NCBI GenBank assembly: GCA_036574205.1
Contig: JAINCQ010000012.1
Location: 7,125-71,124 of the forward strand
DNA length: 64,000 nucleotides
Reading direction: 5' to 3'
DNA from: Elusimicrobiota bacterium
Lineage (GTDB): Bacteria > Elusimicrobiota > Elusimicrobia > Elusimicrobiales > UBA9959
Shown: in pieces, positions 59,964-64,000 of the stretch
Layout: each line of letters begins with the position of its first letter
How positions within the stretch are numbered: position 1 is the stretch's first letter
Notes under the pieces: model-generated
What the model was told of the DNA's origin: nothing
The model's database searches: none
The model's input: the letters and a program-made list of their open reading frames with translations, nothing else
Position numbers and translations under genes: made by a program

Positions 59964-61229
59964 ATGGATATTTTACAGGAAATTCTAAACAACGAAGTAT
60001 ATCCTGCCTTTGGCTGCACAGAACCAATCTCAATAGCCTACGCCTGTGCTAATGCAAGCAAACTTATAAAAAAAATTGATAGGGATATCACAATAACCCT
60101 TAATATAGATCCAGGAACATACAAAAACGGTTATGGTGTAAACATACCAAAATTAAACAATGAAAAAGGGAATCTTATTGCTGCAGCAGTAGGAGCTTTA
60201 ATTCCACACCCTGAACTGAAGTATAACATATTCTCAAAAGCCACAACTGAAAAAATAAAACAGGCAAAAAAAATAATAGAGGAGAAAAGAATAAAAATAA
60301 ATGTTGACTATACCAAAAAAGATATTTATATTGAAGCAATAATCCGTAACAGTAAAGATAAAGCAGTATGTATACTATCAAAGTCGCATTTTAATATTTC
60401 GCTTCTTATGTTAAATGATAAAATAATTACATCTCAAACAACAAAAGATAAGAAAACAGATTATAAAGAAATAATAAAAAACATGACATTAAAAGATTTA
60501 ATTGAACTTGCAAAAAATGCCACCCCAAAACAACTTGAATATCTTAAAAAAGGAATTGAAATGAATTTAAAAGCAAGCAAAGAAGGTTTTAAACTTAAGA
60601 AAACCGGCTATTGGCTTAAAAAATTATCTCAAAACGATGTTATAAATAATATAAAAAGTATAGCCGCTTCGGCAACAGATGCCAGAATGGCGGGGCTCCC
60701 ATTAACTGTAATGTCAAGCGGTCAAAGTGGTAATCAGGGAATTGTAGCAATACTTGTACCATATTTTTATGGCAAACATGCAGGTATAAAAGAAGAAAAA
60801 ATTCTTAAAAGCATAGCTTTGTCACACATAATAAACTCATATATAAAGTCATATACTGGTGAACTTGCGCCAATATGTGGATGCGCCATATCAAGTGGGA
60901 CAGGAGCAAGCGCAGCAATAGTATACCAGCAATTTCCTGAAGATATTTCCAAAATAGCAGGAGCAATAAACAATGTTCTGGCAGATATTGGCGGGTTAAT
61001 ATGTGACGGCGCAAAAGAAAGTTGTTCGCTAAAAGTAGCCTCTTCAGTTGAAAGCGCTATTAAAAATGCATATCTTGCCATAAATTCAGTTATTGTAGAT
61101 AAAAATTCTGGATTTATTGAAGAAGATCCTCTAAAAACAATAAAAAACATGGCAAGATTGTCTATAATAGGGATGGGGAGTGTGGATTCAATAATTATAG
61201 AGATGATGCAAAATAAAATTTCAAACTAA
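59964..61229 (+). CDS. L-cysteine desulfidase / serine dehydratase alpha-like (YhaM, UPF0597)
   Basis: PAFGCTEP, DARMAG, SGNQG, CGC, ICDGAK.SC..K. Confidence 0.88.
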   Translation: MDILQEILNNEVYPAFGCTEPISIAYACANASKLIKKIDRDITITLNIDPGTYKNGYGVNIPKLNNEKGNLIAAAVGALIPHPELKYNIFSKATTEKIKQAKKIIEEKRIKINVDYTKKDIYIEAIIRNSKDKAVCILSKSHFNISLLMLNDKIITSQTTKDKKTDYKEIIKNMTLKDLIELAKNATPKQLEYLKKGIEMNLKASKEGFKLKKTGYWLKKLSQNDVINNIKSIAASATDARMAGLPLTVMSSGQSGNQGIVAILVPYFYGKHAGIKEEKILKSIALSHIINSYIKSYTGELAPICGCAISSGTGASAAIVYQQFPEDISKIAGAINNVLADIGGLICDGAKESCSLKVASSVESAIKNAYLAINSVIVDKNSGFIEEDPLKTIKNMARLSIIGMGSVDSIIIEMMQNKISN

Positions 61230-61230
61230 A

Positions 61231-61896
61231 ATGTATGAATTAATAATTTCTGATTTTTCCAATATAGAAAATATAATTTCTTTTTTATCTGATGAAAGGA
61301 AATTAGAAATATTCAAAACAGATTTTGGTATAATAGAAAAATCTCAAAATTTTACACAAGTTTATAATATCTATTTAAGGGCTAAAACTCGTAAAATTAA
61401 ATTAAAAATAATAAGGGAAATAGAAATAAAACTCCCAATTCTCAAAAAGATAAATGAGATAGAAATAAAAGATTGGGGATTTATTTTTGATAGACAAAGC
61501 GAAGTTAAGATAAAAGAAATAGAAAAAATTCTCTTACATTTTATAAGAAAACCTTCCATAAATATATCTGATTATATTAACATAGAAGATTTTTCAGACT
61601 TAATTACTTTAAAAACTGAAATGTTTATTGAAATTGTTAAAAAAGATGAAAGAATTTTGATATCGCCAGACTGCCTTTTTAAAAACACCTCAAGAATATT
61701 CAATTTAAGTTTCTCATCTGAAAAAAACATACTAAATATATTCGATTATATATTTTTCTTAAATCCAACGGTTGAAACAGGTCCAGTTAGTAAAATTTAT
61801 AAAAAAACTAACAATTATGTAAAATACTTTGTTAAGGAAATTATTGACGAAAAGGAATTATTATGGATGACCAAAACAAAACAAACAGGTATTTAG
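61231..61896 (+). CDS. Hypothetical protein
   Basis: 221-aa ORF abutting both neighbours; no recognised motif. Confidence 0.6.
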   Translation: MYELIISDFSNIENIISFLSDERKLEIFKTDFGIIEKSQNFTQVYNIYLRAKTRKIKLKIIREIEIKLPILKKINEIEIKDWGFIFDRQSEVKIKEIEKILLHFIRKPSINISDYINIEDFSDLITLKTEMFIEIVKKDERILISPDCLFKNTSRIFNLSFSSEKNILNIFDYIFFLNPTVETGPVSKIYKKTNNYVKYFVKEIIDEKELLWMTKTKQTGI

Positions 61897-64000
61897 CAAT
61901 ACACGCTCATTTTTACCAGCCTTTGCGATATGATCCATTTACAGGAGAAATAGAACTGGATGCTACATCAAAACCATACGATAACTGGAATCACAGAATA
62001 GCAATGGAATGTTATTTTCCAAATCTTTTTGCCAGAATATTTGACAAAAATGGGGAAATTCTGGAAATTGTAAATAATTATGAATATTTAAACTTTAATT
62101 TTGGTCCAACCCTTTTAAACTGGATTGAGATCTATTACCCAAAATATTATGATCTATTGATTAAAACAGTAATAAAAATAAAATCAGAAAAGGGAATCTC
62201 CCCCGCCATAGCACAGGCATATAATCACACAATACTTCCTCTTGATAATTTTTTCAATAAAATTACGCAGATACAATGGGGAATAAGAGATTTTGAAAGC
62301 AGATTCAACTTCAAACCTCAAGGGATGTGGATAGCTGAGATGGCTGTAAATGAAGATGTATTAAGAATATTAATAGATCACAATATAAAATACATTATAC
62401 TTTCTCCATCTCAGATTTCAAAAGCTATTAATATAAAAACGCAAAAAGAAGAGAAAATAGTGCCAAATAAACTTTATGTATGGTTTGATAGAGATGAAAA
62501 AGGAAGAAAATTATGTTCCCGTCATATAAATATATTTTTATACGACGAGGAACTATCCAGAAAAGTTGCTTTTGATAATCTAACATTTAATTCAGAAATA
62601 TTTGTAAGAGAAATAGATGAAAGGTTTAAAACAACTCAAACAGATTTAATCTTAATAGCCACTGATGGAGAAACATTTGGACATCATCATAAATTTGCAG
62701 ATTTAACCCTTGCTCACGCATTCAGATATGAACTGCCAAAACATAATATAAAAACTATATCTCTTTCACAATACCTAAAAGAAAAAGATCCAGAATCTGA
62801 GGTAGAATTATCAAAAGGTCCAGATGGCGATGGCACAAGCTGGAGCTGCGCGCATGGCATAAGAAGATGGAAAGGCGGATGCAACTGCGGAGATGAAGGA
62901 AGATATGACACTTCCTGGAGGTTTGGGTTGCGTTCAGCAATAAAATGGCTTTCTGAGGTTTTATGTGATATATATATTGAAGCAGGCAAGGATACATTTA
63001 AAAATCCAAGTCAGGCAATAAATGATTACATATACTTAATAAATAAGAAAGTAAGTCTAAAAGATTTTTTATCTGAAAATCTTAAAGAGCAAACAAAAAA
63101 CAACACAGAAAAAGCAAGTAAAATATTATTAATGATAAAATATCAGATGCTTGCAAATACAAGCTGTGGATGGTTTTTTAATGACATATCAAGAATAGAA
63201 ACTATGCAAAATCTAAAATATGCTTTAAAAGCTATAAGCATAGCGGAAGATCTTGGATATAGAGGGATAGAAAAAGGCTTTTTATCACTTCTTGAAATGT
63301 CAAAGTCAAATTTTAGCCAGTTTATAGATGGGAAAAATATATATGAAAACTATATAAAGCCTCATAAGTTACGAAAAGAAATTATTTACTCGTATCTTGC
63401 CATTAAATTAGCTTTTACCGAAAAAAATTATTATCATAATTTTATTTATAATTTAAAATTGATTGAGAAAAAAAAGGCAGGAGAAGATACCTATTTTATT
63501 TACGTTATTATAACAGACAATGAATATGAAGTTGAAAATAACTATGAAATACAATTTGATTTTAGTAATTTGAGTGAAATAAAGATAAAATTACTTTCAG
63601 ATGAACAAAATGGTTTTCAAGAAATAAACTTTAAAGAATTTACACATAAAATGCAGCTTGAAATATTTAAACTAATAATTACACTAAAAAAAGAAAAAAG
63701 TATTGAGGAGCTTACAAAGACACTCGCAACAGTTTATGAAATTGTTATGCTTAATAGAGAAATAGCAACTGAAAATATGGAAGAAGATATAAAATATATC
63801 TCAAATCAAATTATAAATATTTATCTTTTAAATTTTCTTAAAACTCAAGAAATATCTTTTATTAAAAAAATTGATTATGTTATTGAAACTTTAAAAAACA
63901 TAGGATTTAATTCAAATTACAAGCTAACAAATGATATTTTATCTCTTATGCCAGATTTTATAAATCTTATTTCAACAATGAAATCGAATGACCTTAGTTT
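61863..64000 (+). CDS. GH57 glycoside hydrolase / DUF3536 protein, runs off the window
   Basis: Not in the ORF track. Hand translation from ATG 61863: MDDQNKTNRYLAIHAHFYQP...NWNHRIAMECY.PN...FNFGPTLL.W...GMWIAEMAV...ATDGETFGHH...SWSCAHG..RW...TSCGWFF. Confidence 0.9.
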   Translation, partial: MDDQNKTNRYLAIHAHFYQPLRYDPFTGEIELDATSKPYDNWNHRIAMECYFPNLFARIFDKNGEILEIVNNYEYLNFNFGPTLLNWIEIYYPKYYDLLIKTVIKIKSEKGISPAIAQAYNHTILPLDNFFNKITQIQWGIRDFESRFNFKPQGMWIAEMAVNEDVLRILIDHNIKYIILSPSQISKAINIKTQKEEKIVPNKLYVWFDRDEKGRKLCSRHINIFLYDEELSRKVAFDNLTFNSEIFVREIDERFKTTQTDLILIATDGETFGHHHKFADLTLAHAFRYELPKHNIKTISLSQYLKEKDPESEVELSKGPDGDGTSWSCAHGIRRWKGGCNCGDEGRYDTSWRFGLRSAIKWLSEVLCDIYIEAGKDTFKNPSQAINDYIYLINKKVSLKDFLSENLKEQTKNNTEKASKILLMIKYQMLANTSCGWFFNDISRIETMQNLKYALKAISIAEDLGYRGIEKGFLSLLEMSKSNFSQFIDGKNIYENYIKPHKLRKEIIYSYLAIKLAFTEKNYYHNFIYNLKLIEKKKAGEDTYFIYVIITDNEYEVENNYEIQFDFSNLSEIKIKLLSDEQNGFQEINFKEFTHKMQLEIFKLIITLKKEKSIEELTKTLATVYEIVMLNREIATENMEEDIKYISNQIINIYLLNFLKTQEISFIKKIDYVIETLKNIGFNSNYKLTNDILSLMPDFINLISTMKSNDLS

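Noticed and set aside
429-62997. Numerous 60-130 aa ORFs antisense to or out of frame within long genes (e.g. 429..638, 1581..1895, 11928..12260, 22107..22427, 60767..61150, 62714..62989)
   Set aside because: Shadow ORFs of well-supported genes; no motifs or ribosome-binding sites
1-64000. CRISPR array, tRNA/rRNA, prophage, integrase/transposase, defence system, stop-codon recoding or programmed frameshift
   Set aside because: No spaced repeats or RNA-gene signatures seen by eye, intergenic gaps are under ~240 bp, and recognised genes are full-length in code 11

Overview
Very AT-rich, densely coding bacterial chromosome segment, standard code 11. I found no rRNA, tRNA, CRISPR array, prophage or transposase. 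The gene repertoire suggests a diderm, probably anaerobic, proteolytic organism, most like Elusimicrobiota (inference from PorV/PorQ-like barrels, a FlgD-Ig/T9SS-like C-terminal domain, FlgO/LPP20/FecR/HEAT proteins and a GldAFG-DUF4340 ABC system). Contents in order: partial pepT; DUF47-PiT-fba; a divergent transketolase, PPC-domain protein and era; a lipid kinase/amrS operon; an LPP20-FlgT-like-FecR operon divergent from gldA/F/G-DUF4340; an M1+M28+PDZ double peptidase; a divergent phosphopentomutase; a HEAT / M4-like protease / PorV-like operon; a REP-like palindrome; M18 aminopeptidase and asparaginase domain; FlgO-vWA, nagZ, nupC, murB, rocD; a ~15.6 kb surface-glycan region (GT2-methyltransferase fusion, two GT-C paralogues, fcl, wzx, an HpnJ-like B12 radical SAM with reductase and cupin, methyltransferases, GTs); ygiQ, rnd, MFS, a cysteine desulfidase-like gene; and a partial GH57/DUF3536 gene. 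Best candidates for undescribed biology: the T9SS-like cargo/PorV/HEAT module, the LPP20-FlgT-FecR / Gld locus with back-to-back promoters, the HpnJ-like sugar-tailoring cassette, and a recurrent '-10 box, 6 nt, ATG' signature implying leaderless mRNAs. All family calls come from motif recognition by eye, not database searches.
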